Shown here in pieces: positions 30,653-43,245 of a stretch of DNA of 64,000 bases. The translations under genes and the position numbers were made by a program. This DNA is from a bacterium (GTDB lineage Bacteria > SAR324 > NAC60-12). The DNA lies in NCBI GenBank assembly GCA_965205865.1, contig CBDBHR010000025.1, forward strand, positions 192,001-256,000. Direction: 5' to 3'. Numbering within the stretch: position 1 is the stretch's first letter; every line of letters starts with the position of its first letter. Below the pieces are notes generated by a model, which was given only the letters and a program-made list of their open reading frames with translations, was not told the DNA's origin and did no database searches.

Positions 30653-32062
30653 TCAATGCTCAAGAGATTTTTTCAATCTGCGCAGCATTGCATCAATCGT
30701 GGTGAATTTTTCACGGGGCTTTCCTTTTGACGATCCTGCTTCGATTTCGGCATTGTCTATTTTTTTCCAGTCTGCAAAGGACACCCAGGCAATATTTTTT
30801 GATTGTAGCCATGCTTGGACTGCTTCAGGTTTAAGCGCCTCGGTTGCTTCCGCCTTGCGATCCTCGTAGTCCACTAACAATGCCCGGACTGTCTCACCGG
30901 CATCAGGCTTATTGGTGCCAATCACCCCGGAAGGCCCACGTTTTGCCCAGCCTACCACATACTCGCGTGGCCTCACGGAATTGCTTTCCGCATCCGTCAC
31001 TCGCCCCTCCCGATTGGGGATGACGCCCTTTCGTTCATCAAAAGGCACCCCCTGGAGAGGCACTCCTTGATAGCCGATGGAACGAAAAACCAGGTCCACT
31101 GACATTTCTTTGAATTCATCCACCGGTCTGGCTTTGATGCGGCCTCCTTCATCCTGGAGCAATTCGTTTTTAACCAATTTGATACCGGAAACCCGTCCAT
31201 CTCGTTCAAAAAGCTCCACCGGTGAGTATTGGAACATCAAGTATAATTGACGGGGTTTTTCCTTGCCGGTAAATTCAGCCATCTTACGCATGATTTCAAT
31301 ATTGCGTACGACGTCTTTGCGCTTGGTGGTCTGTAAGACATTCTCACTGGCCGGGTCCAATTTCAGTACTTCGGGGTCCACTAAAGTCACGGTTTGTTCC
31401 AATTCCAGCAATTCCCGCGCTTCCGGAGGCGTGAATGCGGCCTGAACGGGACCGCGGCGGGCGATCATGTAGATTTTCCGCACTTGACTTTGTTTCAATG
31501 CTTCCTGCGCATAATCGGCCATGTCCGTATGTGCCAACTCTGCCGGGGTCTTTGCCAGGATGCGGGCGACATCAACAGCCACGTTCCCCATTCCGATCAC
31601 GGCAACACTGTCCACCGACAAATCGAAAGTCCTGTCCTGGTAATCAGGATGTCCGTTGTACCAGCCCACGAACTCCGTTGCCGAATAGCTGCCAATCAAT
31701 TCTTCTCCCGCAATGCCCATTTGGCGGTCCGATTGCGATCCCACTGCATAGATCAGGCTGTCATAACGTTGCAGAAGTTCTTCCCGGCTGATGTCTTTCC
31801 CAAAGGTCACGTTGCCCCAAAATCGAAATTGGGACCGCAATGCGGTTCTTTCGTAAATCCTGATCACGTTCTTGATTTTCTGATGATCCGGCGCCACTCC
31901 TCCCCGCACCAGGCCATAGGGGGTGGGCAGTCGTTCGAACATGTCCACGTCAATATGCGCGTCCTGCTTCAACAAATCAGCAACTGCATAAAAGGCGGCG
32001 GGTCCTGAGCCGATGATGGCGACCCGCAACGGGCGTTGTTCGCTTCCAATGGCAAATTGCAT
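30653..32062 (-). CDS. Ferredoxin-NADP+ reductase (FprA/adrenodoxin reductase type)
   Basis: GSGPAAFY, GLVRGGVAPDH, FVGWYNGHP, GMGNVAVD and GWAKRGPSGVIGTN. Confidence 0.92.
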   Translation of the reverse strand: MQFAIGSEQRPLRVAIIGSGPAAFYAVADLLKQDAHIDVDMFERLPTPYGLVRGGVAPDHQKIKNVIRIYERTALRSQFRFWGNVTFGKDISREELLQRYDSLIYAVGSQSDRQMGIAGEELIGSYSATEFVGWYNGHPDYQDRTFDLSVDSVAVIGMGNVAVDVARILAKTPAELAHTDMADYAQEALKQSQVRKIYMIARRGPVQAAFTPPEARELLELEQTVTLVDPEVLKLDPASENVLQTTKRKDVVRNIEIMRKMAEFTGKEKPRQLYLMFQYSPVELFERDGRVSGIKLVKNELLQDEGGRIKARPVDEFKEMSVDLVFRSIGYQGVPLQGVPFDERKGVIPNREGRVTDAESNSVRPREYVVGWAKRGPSGVIGTNKPDAGETVRALLVDYEDRKAEATEALKPEAVQAWLQSKNIAWVSFADWKKIDNAEIEAGSSKGKPREKFTTIDAMLRRLKKSLEH

Positions 32063-32147
32063 CGCATGTTTCCATTTGCTGATTGAAGGGCTGGAGAAAA
32101 TCCCTCTTGGGAGCGGCGAGGGTGGGACGAAACGGAACGGAAGCTTC

Positions 32148-32930
32148 TCAAATTTCCATGCAGCTTTCCACCAATCCCGTCAAATAATGTTGATATCCTT
32201 GCGACCCTTTTTCCTGCCAGTTTCGCAACAGTGCCGATCCCACAATGGCGATTTCCACTTTCCCCTGAAGCTGCCGGATGTCATCAGCGCTCGAGAGTCC
32301 GAATCCCAGCGCCAGTGGCAAGCCAGACACTTTGCGACAACGACCGATAAAAGACTCGAGGGAGTGATCCAGATGGGTCAAAGTTCCCGTGACTCCCTTA
32401 CGAGCGACACAATACAAGAAAGCGGAGCCATGAGCGGCGATTTCGCTCAGGCGTTCTGCAGTATTGGTCGGTGCGCAAAGCAGGATGGGAGAAAGACCGG
32501 ATTCCTTGCTGTATTGAAACAAATCCCCAAATTCCTGCACAGGCAGGTCTGGTAAAATAAAACCACCTGCGGCGCAGGCGCGCAATTCATGGCAGAATGC
32601 CTGATGTCCCATCACAAACACGGGGTTGTAATAGCTCATCATCAGAATGGGGAAGTCAAAGGCCCGAGTGGCTTTTTTCATGAAATCAAAATAATCATCG
32701 CGACGTACCCCATTTTTTAAAGCTTGCTGATTGGCTCTGACGAAAATCGGACCGTCGGCGGTAGGTTCCGTGAATGGAAACTGAAGCTCGACCAGGTCCA
32801 CCCCGGCCTTTTGCATGATTTCCAGCATGGTCCAGTTGTCCTCCAGGGAAGGATATCCCACAATCGCATGGGTCATCAGCAAAATGTTCTTCTGTTGCAA
32901 TCGTTCTTGAATATAACGGCTAAGGTTCAT
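32148..32930 (-). CDS. trpA: Tryptophan synthase alpha
   Basis: ELQFPFTEPTADGP, MSYYNP, GVTG and GFG. Confidence 0.95.
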   Translation of the reverse strand: MNLSRYIQERLQQKNILLMTHAIVGYPSLEDNWTMLEIMQKAGVDLVELQFPFTEPTADGPIFVRANQQALKNGVRRDDYFDFMKKATRAFDFPILMMSYYNPVFVMGHQAFCHELRACAAGGFILPDLPVQEFGDLFQYSKESGLSPILLCAPTNTAERLSEIAAHGSAFLYCVARKGVTGTLTHLDHSLESFIGRCRKVSGLPLALGFGLSSADDIRQLQGKVEIAIVGSALLRNWQEKGSQGYQHYLTGLVESCMEI

Positions 32931-34165
32931 AGACGCTGAGCTTTCTGTTTAATAAACTGATTCCATTTTTCATCACCAATGGCCTCGGCGATGTTGAAGA
33001 TGTCTTTGTCTCCCCGGCCCGAGAGATTCACTAGGATGATTTCATTCGCTCCCATTTGGGGCGCTTCCCGGATGACGCCTGCGAGAGCATGACTGCTCTC
33101 CAGTGCCGGAATAATGCCTTCCTGGCGGATCAGCATCTTGGCCGCTTCAATGATTTCTTCATCCACGGCGCTTTCAAAGCGAATCCGCCCCTGATCGTGC
33201 AGATAACTGAGAATCGGCCCCACGCCAATATAATCCAATCCGGCTGCAATCGAATGCGTTTCTTTCATTTGCCCTTCATCATCCTGCAGAAAATAGGTTT
33301 TGTATCCTTGGGCCACACCAACGTGTCCACCCTGCAATCGAGATGCATGCAACCCGGTTGCAATGCCTTTTCCCCCTGCTTCCACCCCAATCAATTCTAT
33401 GCGGGGCTCATCGATGAAGGGCAGAAACATTCCACTCGCATTCGAGCCACCTCCCACGCATGCATAGATGCGGTCCGGCAGTCGCCCGGTCAATTTCAGC
33501 ATTTGCTCATAGCTTTCCTGTCCGATGATGGATTGAAAATAAGTCACCATTTGAGGAAAGGGGTGAGGGCCACAGACGGTTCCCATGACATAATGCGTGT
33601 TTGCCATGGAAGCTGCCCAATCGCGCATGGTTTCATTGATCGCGTCTTTCAACGTCGCAGTCCCGTCTGTCACCGAAACGACCTCGGCTCCCAGTTGTTC
33701 CATCCAAAACACGTTCGGCCGTTGCCGCTCCACATCAACCACTCCCATGTAAATTGCGCATTCCAATCCAAATCGCGCAGCCATGGTTGCCGTGGCCACC
33801 CCGTGCTGTCCCGCACCGGTTTCCGCAATGACACGGGGTTTTCCCATCCTTTTCACCAGTAGTCCTTGTCCCATCACATTGTTCGCTTTGTGCGCTCCGG
33901 TGTGGTTCAAATCCTCGCGCTTGCAGAAAATTTGAGCGCCTCCCAGGGTTTTGGAAAGATTTTCCAGCGGCGTGACAGGAGTGGGCCGACAGGAATAAGT
34001 CTGCATGACATCCAGATAACTTTGCCAAAATGAAGGATCCGCTTGCGCTTCTTGGAAAGCACTGGTCAATTCATCTATGGTCGTCTTCAAAATTTCAGGG
34101 ACGAACGCCCCTCCGTAGGGGCCGTAATACCCGGGTGTTTCAAAGTCGAACAATTCCTTTAACAT
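32927..34165 (-). CDS. trpB: Tryptophan synthase beta
   Basis: KREDLNHTGAHK, AETGAGQHG, GGGSNA and NLSGRGDKD. Confidence 0.97.
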   Translation of the reverse strand: MLKELFDFETPGYYGPYGGAFVPEILKTTIDELTSAFQEAQADPSFWQSYLDVMQTYSCRPTPVTPLENLSKTLGGAQIFCKREDLNHTGAHKANNVMGQGLLVKRMGKPRVIAETGAGQHGVATATMAARFGLECAIYMGVVDVERQRPNVFWMEQLGAEVVSVTDGTATLKDAINETMRDWAASMANTHYVMGTVCGPHPFPQMVTYFQSIIGQESYEQMLKLTGRLPDRIYACVGGGSNASGMFLPFIDEPRIELIGVEAGGKGIATGLHASRLQGGHVGVAQGYKTYFLQDDEGQMKETHSIAAGLDYIGVGPILSYLHDQGRIRFESAVDEEIIEAAKMLIRQEGIIPALESSHALAGVIREAPQMGANEIILVNLSGRGDKDIFNIAEAIGDEKWNQFIKQKAQRL

Positions 34166-34479
34166 ATCCAAATCCTTTCACCTGTCTCAAAACAGTAATA
34201 ATTTGATGAGCCGGTCACTCAACAGAAAGAAGGTTTTTAACAAAATCATCCGCTTTAGTCGAGTTGTAATAAACCGATAGGACGAACTAACAGATTGCGC
34301 AGACGCTGAAGAATCAGCAAATGTTGAAAAGCGCCGGTACGGACATTGACGGACGTCGTGTGGACTCGGCTTGATGACGTCGATATTGAAAATTGGTAAG
34401 TCCCGAATGGTACTAAGATAAGAAATAATCGTAATGATTACAAAGGTTTAATCATAACGTTGATTAGAGGTAGAATTTG

Positions 34480-34548
34480 GTAGGGCCGGGTTACGCCCCG
34501 GCCTCTGCAAGCCGTGTGTTTCTTGGCCGGGACGTAACCCGGCCCTAT
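34480..34548. repeat. GTAG-type REP doublet in inverted orientation
   Basis: GTAGGGCCGGGTTACGCCCCGGCC ... GGCCGGGACGTAACCCGGCCCTAT. Confidence 0.8.
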
Positions 34549-34563
34549 CGTTCTATTAATTCA

Positions 34564-34780
34564 ACCTGAGTTCGACATAAATCTTCAATAATATGAGTAT
34601 CCTGGTGTATATGTCATCCTCGCGAAAGCGGGGATCCGGATTTCGGTCTGGCTGCATACCTCGATTCCTGCTCCCTGCTTTCGCAGGGACAATCGCAGGG
34701 ACAAGCTTCGCAGGAATGACAAATTTCTCTAAGATAGAAGATTCCATAACATATTGAATTTATTAAATTCAGATCCAGGT
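34564..34780. mobile_element. Composite MITE with internal GTCAT-type palindromes, copy 1
   Basis: Ends ACCTG...CAGGT, target duplication TAATTCA; homologous to 56459..56691. Confidence 0.88.
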
Positions 34781-34969
34781 TAATTCACTGTTATTATGAT
34801 GTTTTCCCTTATCTTAGTGCCAGCAAGTCCCTGAAAAAAGTCCCGAGGAACTGATTGGTGAGATAGAGTCTGAGACCGGCGTGTTTCAAATGAACCGGCC
34901 GATTCTCAGAAATGCGCTTATCGAACGATTGGAATCCGGGATTAAAAAGAGAGGCAGTCCCAATCATTG

Positions 34970-35611
34970 TCAAGCTTGTCCGAGACGATTCATGAGGGAA
35001 CGTTTGTAACCTTTTTGACGTGAATGGAAACGGTATCCGAAAATTACTCCCATCAGGCCCCCGCTGATATGACAAAATCTTGAAATGTTATCCGTCACGT
35101 ATATCCCCAAATAAATTTCTCGTCCCAAATATAAGAAAAACACCAACAAGGCGGTCAAGGGGAGGTTCCCATTTTTCATTTCCGTCATCGAGAACAAGAT
35201 GATCAGCATGAAGACGATACCACTCGCTCCTTTGAGCGCGGTCGACATCAGGAACATGTTCAATAACCCCGTCACGCAAGCAGTGATAAATATCCATTTC
35301 AGCAAATTTAAAGAACTGTAATTCTCCTCTACTTTTCCTCCCAACAAAAGAATGATCGAGAGATTCCCGAACAAATGAAACCAATCGGCATGACCGAGGA
35401 TATGAGTGAAAATCGTTATATATGCGAGAGGATTATCCCCGTATGCGGTCCACGGTTTGACCAGAAAATAATCTTCCCTCAAATAAGGTAAAATTTGCGC
35501 AGGAATGATGGAGATGATGTTGGGAGGCAACAACTGATGTGTCGTCAGAAATATGAACAATATCAGAAAGGAGAAGAAAATAGTTGCAGGAGAATCCAAT
35601 TGTAATCTCAT
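34970..35611 (-). CDS. Rhomboid family intramembrane protease
   Basis: HADWFHLFGN, GASG and a downstream HISG. Confidence 0.88.
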   Translation of the reverse strand: MRLQLDSPATIFFSFLILFIFLTTHQLLPPNIISIIPAQILPYLREDYFLVKPWTAYGDNPLAYITIFTHILGHADWFHLFGNLSIILLLGGKVEENYSSLNLLKWIFITACVTGLLNMFLMSTALKGASGIVFMLIILFSMTEMKNGNLPLTALLVFFLYLGREIYLGIYVTDNISRFCHISGGLMGVIFGYRFHSRQKGYKRSLMNRLGQA

Positions 35612-36014
35612 GTTTTACCTCTTCTTAGAAATTGAAGATAAAAATTTGGTTCTGTAGAGTTGTAGCAGGAATCAAGCCAAATCCATGAGGGCGGGCAGGA
35701 TTGGTCTCATTTATGCTGCCGGGGAATGTCTGCTAAGGGGTGCGACTTCAGATGAGGTCAATGGTCTTTCCACGGCAGGAATTCATGGAGTTCCGCGATT
35801 GAAGACAACGGAAACATCCTTGTCGAGGCGCCCAACGTCAAGCAGGTGGAAAATGCGGTAAAGGAAAATCCGGCGATCTCATGATAAAGGCCGCCTGTCG
35901 ACTCACGGTTGCTTCGGGCACTCGTAATTAATTTACGAATTCCCGCAGTCCGGTTTCCATTCCACGGCCCCTGTGATTCTCAATTCCCGATGGGCGCCAT
36001 AGTTTCTTTGATGC

Positions 36015-36452
36015 TCATCGAGTCAGGTGAAAAGCACGATCGAATGCTCTTTTTAAATAGTTGGCAGAACGCTCTCCCTGCAAGGTTGTGAGTTTTTTTC
36101 CGTCCGCAAAAAACATCAACGTCACACTGCCTACTCGATGAAATTGGGCAAAGGCTTTTCCCTCTTTGCTCGTCAAATCTACTATTCGAAAATGAATCTT
36201 TCCTTCATATTCGGATTTTAGAGAGTCGACCACTCTCTTCAATGCGCGGCAGCGTGGTCAATTGGGGTCGTGGATTTGCACCACCACGTTGACCCCCTGA
36301 TCGATGATGGACAAATCCAATTCCCCCTTGCCGGGATTTGCCAGAATGATATAAGCGGCCGTTCCAGCAACAATTATCCCGATGGTGAGCATTATTTGCC
36401 ACTGCAGGTTTTTTAGCTGCTTGCGAGTCGACATTCTTATTTGCTTTGCCAT
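36015..36452 (-). CDS. Membrane-anchored thioredoxin-like selenoprotein (U-P-R-C)
   Basis: Two same-frame ORFs joined by TGA-CCA-CGC-TGC; GGGAGGAG RBS; SECIS-like hairpin; selC in window. Confidence 0.85.
36220..36238 (-). promoter_or_regulatory. Bacterial SECIS-like hairpin
   Basis: AGAGAGT-GGTCG-ACTCTCT starts 19 nt after the UGA; the loop begins with G. Confidence 0.75.
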
Positions 36453-36580
36453 AAACTCCTCCCAGGATATTGAAATCAAACTTCATTTATTCCCCCGAGG
36501 ACGGGGAAGGAATCTTCAAGAATAAAATAGTCCACAACACTCATACATTCAAGAGGAATTGTCCGATTCTTCTCAACATT

Positions 36581-36645
36581 GTATGGACAATTCAAGCGGG
36601 AATCGCTACAAAGTATGGACAATTCAAGCGGGAATCGCTACAAAG
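36581..36645 (+). repeat. Two perfect 32-bp tandem copies upstream of leuB
   Basis: GTATGGACAATTCAAGCGGGAATCGCTACAAA at 36581 and 36613. Confidence 0.95.
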
Positions 36646-36716
36646 ATTCATTACTTTTCAATCTTGTCCCAATACATATTGCCGATATTTCGCAAAACCC
36701 TCAATCGGAGCAAACT

Positions 36717-37790
36717 ATGACTCTGAAAAAAATTGCTGTGCTGCCTGGAGATGGCATTGGTCAGGAAGTCGTGGAGCAAGCAGTCAAAATTTTAAAGCAT
36801 CTGGCACCGCGTTTTGATTTGCAATTGGAACTTCCGGAAGAGGCAGTGGGTGGAACTGCTTACGACATGACAGGCAACCCTCTGCCTGATAAGACATTAG
36901 AGGTTTGTAAAAACGCGGATGCTGTTTTATTGGGTGCCGTAGGCGGTCCCAAATGGGAATCTCTACACTTTTCTGTTCGTCCCGAACGGGCATTGCTGGG
37001 CTTGCGTTCCGAATTGGGATTGTATGCCAACTTGAGGCCTGCCCAAATTTATGGAGATCTGGTCGAGGCATCCACCTTAAAAAAGGAGGTTGTGGAAGGA
37101 ACCGATATCATGGTGATCCGCGAATTGACAGGCGGGATATATTTCGGAGAGCCTCGCGGGGTGGAAATCCGCAATAACGAACGAGTCGGCTTCAACACAT
37201 TGATCTATTCCGAATCCGAAATTCAACGTATCGCCAGGGTCGGATTTGAAACAGCTCGGAAACGTTCTAAAAAATTAACTTCGGTGGATAAGCACAATGT
37301 GCTGGAATCCACGGAACTGTGGCGCGAAGTGGTCAACGAAGTTTCCAAGGACTATCCGGACATTACCCTCAACCACATGTATGTCGACAACGCGACCATG
37401 CAGCTGATCCGGGATCCTAAACAATTCGACACGATCGTCACCACCAATATGTTCGGAGACATCCTCAGCGACGGCGCCGCCATGCTGACGGGTTCTATCG
37501 GCATGCTCCCTTCTGCCAGCATTGGTGGGCAGATTGGACTTTATGAACCGGTTCATGGAACCGCCCCCGATATCCAAGGCAAAGATCTGGCCAATCCTTT
37601 GGCGACGATTTTATCCGTGGGTATGATGTTCCGCTATTCTTTCGATCTCACAGATGCGGATGTGATGATTCAGCAAGCCGTCGTTGCCACACTCGACAAG
37701 TATCGTACCGGCGATATTATGACTGCCGGCAAAACGCAGATTGGCTGCCAGGAAATGGGAGATCGGGTTCTGGAACGCCTGCAAGGGTAA
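36717..37790 (+). CDS. leuB: 3-isopropylmalate dehydrogenase
   Basis: [34 protein letters not shown] and [10 protein letters not shown]. Confidence 0.97.
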   Translation: MTLKKIAVLPGDGIGQEVVEQAVKILKHLAPRFDLQLELPEEAVGGTAYDMTGNPLPDKTLEVCKNADAVLLGAVGGPKWESLHFSVRPERALLGLRSELGLYANLRPAQIYGDLVEASTLKKEVVEGTDIMVIRELTGGIYFGEPRGVEIRNNERVGFNTLIYSESEIQRIARVGFETARKRSKKLTSVDKHNVLESTELWREVVNEVSKDYPDITLNHMYVDNATMQLIRDPKQFDTIVTTNMFGDILSDGAAMLTGSIGMLPSASIGGQIGLYEPVHGTAPDIQGKDLANPLATILSVGMMFRYSFDLTDADVMIQQAVVATLDKYRTGDIMTAGKTQIGCQEMGDRVLERLQG

Positions 37791-37847
37791 AACCAATATA
37801 AAAAGAGACTTTCTGGCACTTTTTTTATTCGCAGGGATTGGTAAATT

Positions 37848-40381
<2,534 letters not shown>

Positions 40382-40399
<18 letters not shown>

Positions 40400-41290
40400 G
40401 GTGGACATAGCGGAGATTATTGTGATCATGCGGGAGGCAAGCTACAAGATGTGATCCGCCAGGCAACCGCTCGCGGTTTCACTCATTATGGCCTCTCCGA
40501 GCATATGCCTCGAGCCCGCATAGAAGATTTTTATCCGGAAGAACATCAACGGCACCGCACTCCCGAGCAACTCGAACAAATGTTTGCCATGTATATCCGG
40601 GAAGCCCGCCAGTTACAACATGATTATAGAGAACGATTGCATATCTTGGTCGGCATGGAAACCGAAATGACAGAGGACAGTTTCACCCAAATTGAACTAA
40701 TCCGTAACCGCTATTCTCCTGATTACCTGGTAGGATCTCTCCACCATGTTCAGGGAATTCCTTTTGATTACAGCCTTCAAGAATATGAGAAATTGAAACA
40801 AGTGTTGGGGGGAACAGAAGCTGTTTATGGCGCCTATTATGATGCCCAATTGCAATTGATGAGGAAATTTCACCCCGGGGTTATTGGCCATTTTGACCTC
40901 ATTCGTCTCTATGAACCCGATTTCTCGCTTTCCAAAAAAACTTGGGAAAAAATAAAAAGAAATCTTGCTTACGGTATTTCCTATGATGCCCTTTTTGAGG
41001 TCAATGCGCGAGCTTTCAAGAAAAAATTGAACGCCCCCTACCCCCAAGCCGAAATTCTTCAAAAGCTTCTTGCCATGGGAGGGAAAATTACACTGGGAGA
41101 TGACTCGCACCATCCTGAAGAAGTCGGACTGAATTTTGATCGGCTCTTTCATTTTCTGAAAGCACAGGACGTTTCTTCAATTTATGCGCTCGAAAAAGAC
41201 GACAAAGGACAGTTGATCCAGAAAATCATACCGCTTTCTCCCATTGGTATTTCCCACAAAAATCTTGCCAAAACCCTTTACAATGCATAA
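40382..41290 (+). CDS. Histidinol-phosphatase, PHP (HisJ) family
   Basis: SFHGGHSGDYCDH, GLSEHMP, GSLHH, GHFDL and GDDSH. Confidence 0.88.
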
Positions 41291-41373
41291 GATTGCCTCG
41301 AAAAAAAAAGTGGCGCAGTTTGACCTTTTGAGACTCGCGATGCGTGTTTTTCTCAAACTCGAAGGAGGATATT

Positions 41374-42162
41374 TTGAACATAATTGTACTGATCAAACAA
41401 GTGGTAGACGTTGAATTGAATCTTCGCGTTAAAAATGAAGCCCTTCTGGAAGAGGGTCTCAACTATGTGATCAGCGGTTGGGACGAAGTGGCAATTGAAG
41501 CGGCTTTGCAATTGGTTGAAAACGTGGGGAAGGGGGAAATCACTTTGCTCACCATCGGGCCCGAACGTGCGTCCGACGCTTTGCGCAAAGGATTGGCCAT
41601 GGGTGCGGATAAAGCCGTTCACGTACTGGACCCGGCATTCGATGGCTCTGATTCTTTTGCATATGCGCGAGGATTGGCCAAACTCCTGGCAGGACAAAGT
41701 TACGATCTCGTGCTGGCCGGAAAACAATCCCAGGATACCGATGCCGGCCTGACTCCATCGATGCTGGCCGAATTCCTTGATCTTCCTCAAGTGAGCAACG
41801 TCGTCGAAATCGAACAAATCGCGTCCGACAAATTGCTTTTGCATCGTAAAGGAGATCACGGCAATGAAGTGATCGAACTCTCTCTTCCTGCTGTCGTCAC
41901 TGTCAATGACAGTCTTTTCGAACCTCGCCTGGCGTCTTTGCGAGGCATTATGCAAGCTAAGAAAAAACCTATGGACATTCTGCATCTTGCTGCAGTTGGA
42001 ATTGATGCGACGAAAGTTGGCGAAGCAGGACGGCAAACCAGGATTGTCCGTTTCCTGGAACCGGAAGCACGGAAAGCGGGACAAAAATTTGAAGGCAACG
42101 AAGAAGAAACGACCAGACAGGTATTGGATCTTCTTGTCAACGAAGCAAAAATATTTGCATAG
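41374..42162 (+). CDS. etfB: Electron transfer flavoprotein beta
   Basis: IKQVVD, LAMGAD, GKQSQD and EPRLASLRGIMQAKKKP; AGGAGG plus TTG start. Confidence 0.95.
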   Translation: MNIIVLIKQVVDVELNLRVKNEALLEEGLNYVISGWDEVAIEAALQLVENVGKGEITLLTIGPERASDALRKGLAMGADKAVHVLDPAFDGSDSFAYARGLAKLLAGQSYDLVLAGKQSQDTDAGLTPSMLAEFLDLPQVSNVVEIEQIASDKLLLHRKGDHGNEVIELSLPAVVTVNDSLFEPRLASLRGIMQAKKKPMDILHLAAVGIDATKVGEAGRQTRIVRFLEPEARKAGQKFEGNEEETTRQVLDLLVNEAKIFA

Positions 42163-42228
42163 TTGGATATGATTTTCTCTTTTCAAAACCCGGAACTTTC
42201 ATCAATCAGATAATCAAGGAATGAACGA

Positions 42229-43194
42229 ATGACAAAAATACTCGTAGTTGCCGAAGTGAAAGGGAGAGAAATCAAAAAACCGACTTTGGAGTTGCTTTCT
42301 CACGCAAAAAATTTAAACCTTGAAAGCGAGGCGATTTTGATGGGTGATGGCATCAGTGATCGAGCCGAAATCCTGGCAGGTTATGGTGCCCGTAAAGTTT
42401 ACGTTGCCGATGATTCATCGATAGCTCTCTATCATACTGCCACATACACTGCCCTTGTCGTGGATGCTGTCAAGCAATCGGGCGCTTCTCAAGTGTGGCT
42501 ATGCGCTTCAGAGTTGGGGAGGGACCTGACCCCTCGTGTGGCTGCTCGACTGGGGGTTGGCGCCCTTTCTGATAATATCAGATTAAATGTCAACGGAGAT
42601 GAATTGGTTACGCGACGTCCCTGTATGGCGAGCAAAGTCATTCAGGAGTGTACCTTCACTCATGAAGGAATCCGGGTACTGAGCGTTCGTGGCGGCGCAT
42701 TCGATATCATTCCCGCAAACACGGCCCCCGCGAACGTGGTGAATCTCTCGCTGCCTGCGCGAGACATGCGGACTTTGGTGAAGGAATTGGTGAGTGAAAG
42801 CGCTGGTGAGATCGATTTACTCGAAGCCCGCATTGTCGTATCGGTCGGCCGCGGCGTGAAAGGACCCGAAGGGGTTGAAATGGTCCGTCCTTTGTCTCGA
42901 GCATTGGGAGCCGCTTTCGGATCTTCAAGAGCCGTCTGTGATGCGGGTTGGATGCCGCATACTGCTCAAGTGGGTCAAACCGGAAAAGTGGTTACCCCGG
43001 ATGTTTATTTTGCCATTGGCATTTCAGGCGCTATCCAGCATTTGGCTGGCATGAGTGGATCCAAATTGATCGTTGCCATCAATAAAGACCCCGATGCCCC
43101 GATATTCAAGGTCGCCGACTATGGCATTGTCGGCGATTTGTTCAAGGTCGTACCCCTCTTGATTGAAGAAATCAAAAAAATGAAGGGAAGCTGA
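42229..43194 (+). CDS. etfA: Electron transfer flavoprotein alpha
   Basis: [19 protein letters not shown] and [11 protein letters not shown]. Confidence 0.97.
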   Translation: MTKILVVAEVKGREIKKPTLELLSHAKNLNLESEAILMGDGISDRAEILAGYGARKVYVADDSSIALYHTATYTALVVDAVKQSGASQVWLCASELGRDLTPRVAARLGVGALSDNIRLNVNGDELVTRRPCMASKVIQECTFTHEGIRVLSVRGGAFDIIPANTAPANVVNLSLPARDMRTLVKELVSESAGEIDLLEARIVVSVGRGVKGPEGVEMVRPLSRALGAAFGSSRAVCDAGWMPHTAQVGQTGKVVTPDVYFAIGISGAIQHLAGMSGSKLIVAINKDPDAPIFKVADYGIVGDLFKVVPLLIEEIKKMKGS

Positions 43195-43245
43195 TCGCCT
43201 GTGTGAAACCGGTCATTCTTTCTCGTACTTTAACAGAAAACAAAC

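Noticed and set aside
35640-36000. Possible gene fragment or ncRNA between rhomboid and the selenoprotein
   Set aside because: No recognisable motif or convincing structure.
36579-36716. N-terminal extension of LeuB (and similar extensions on ggt, the PHP gene and etfB)
   Set aside because: ORF-caller upstream starts; family similarity begins at the downstream starts used here.
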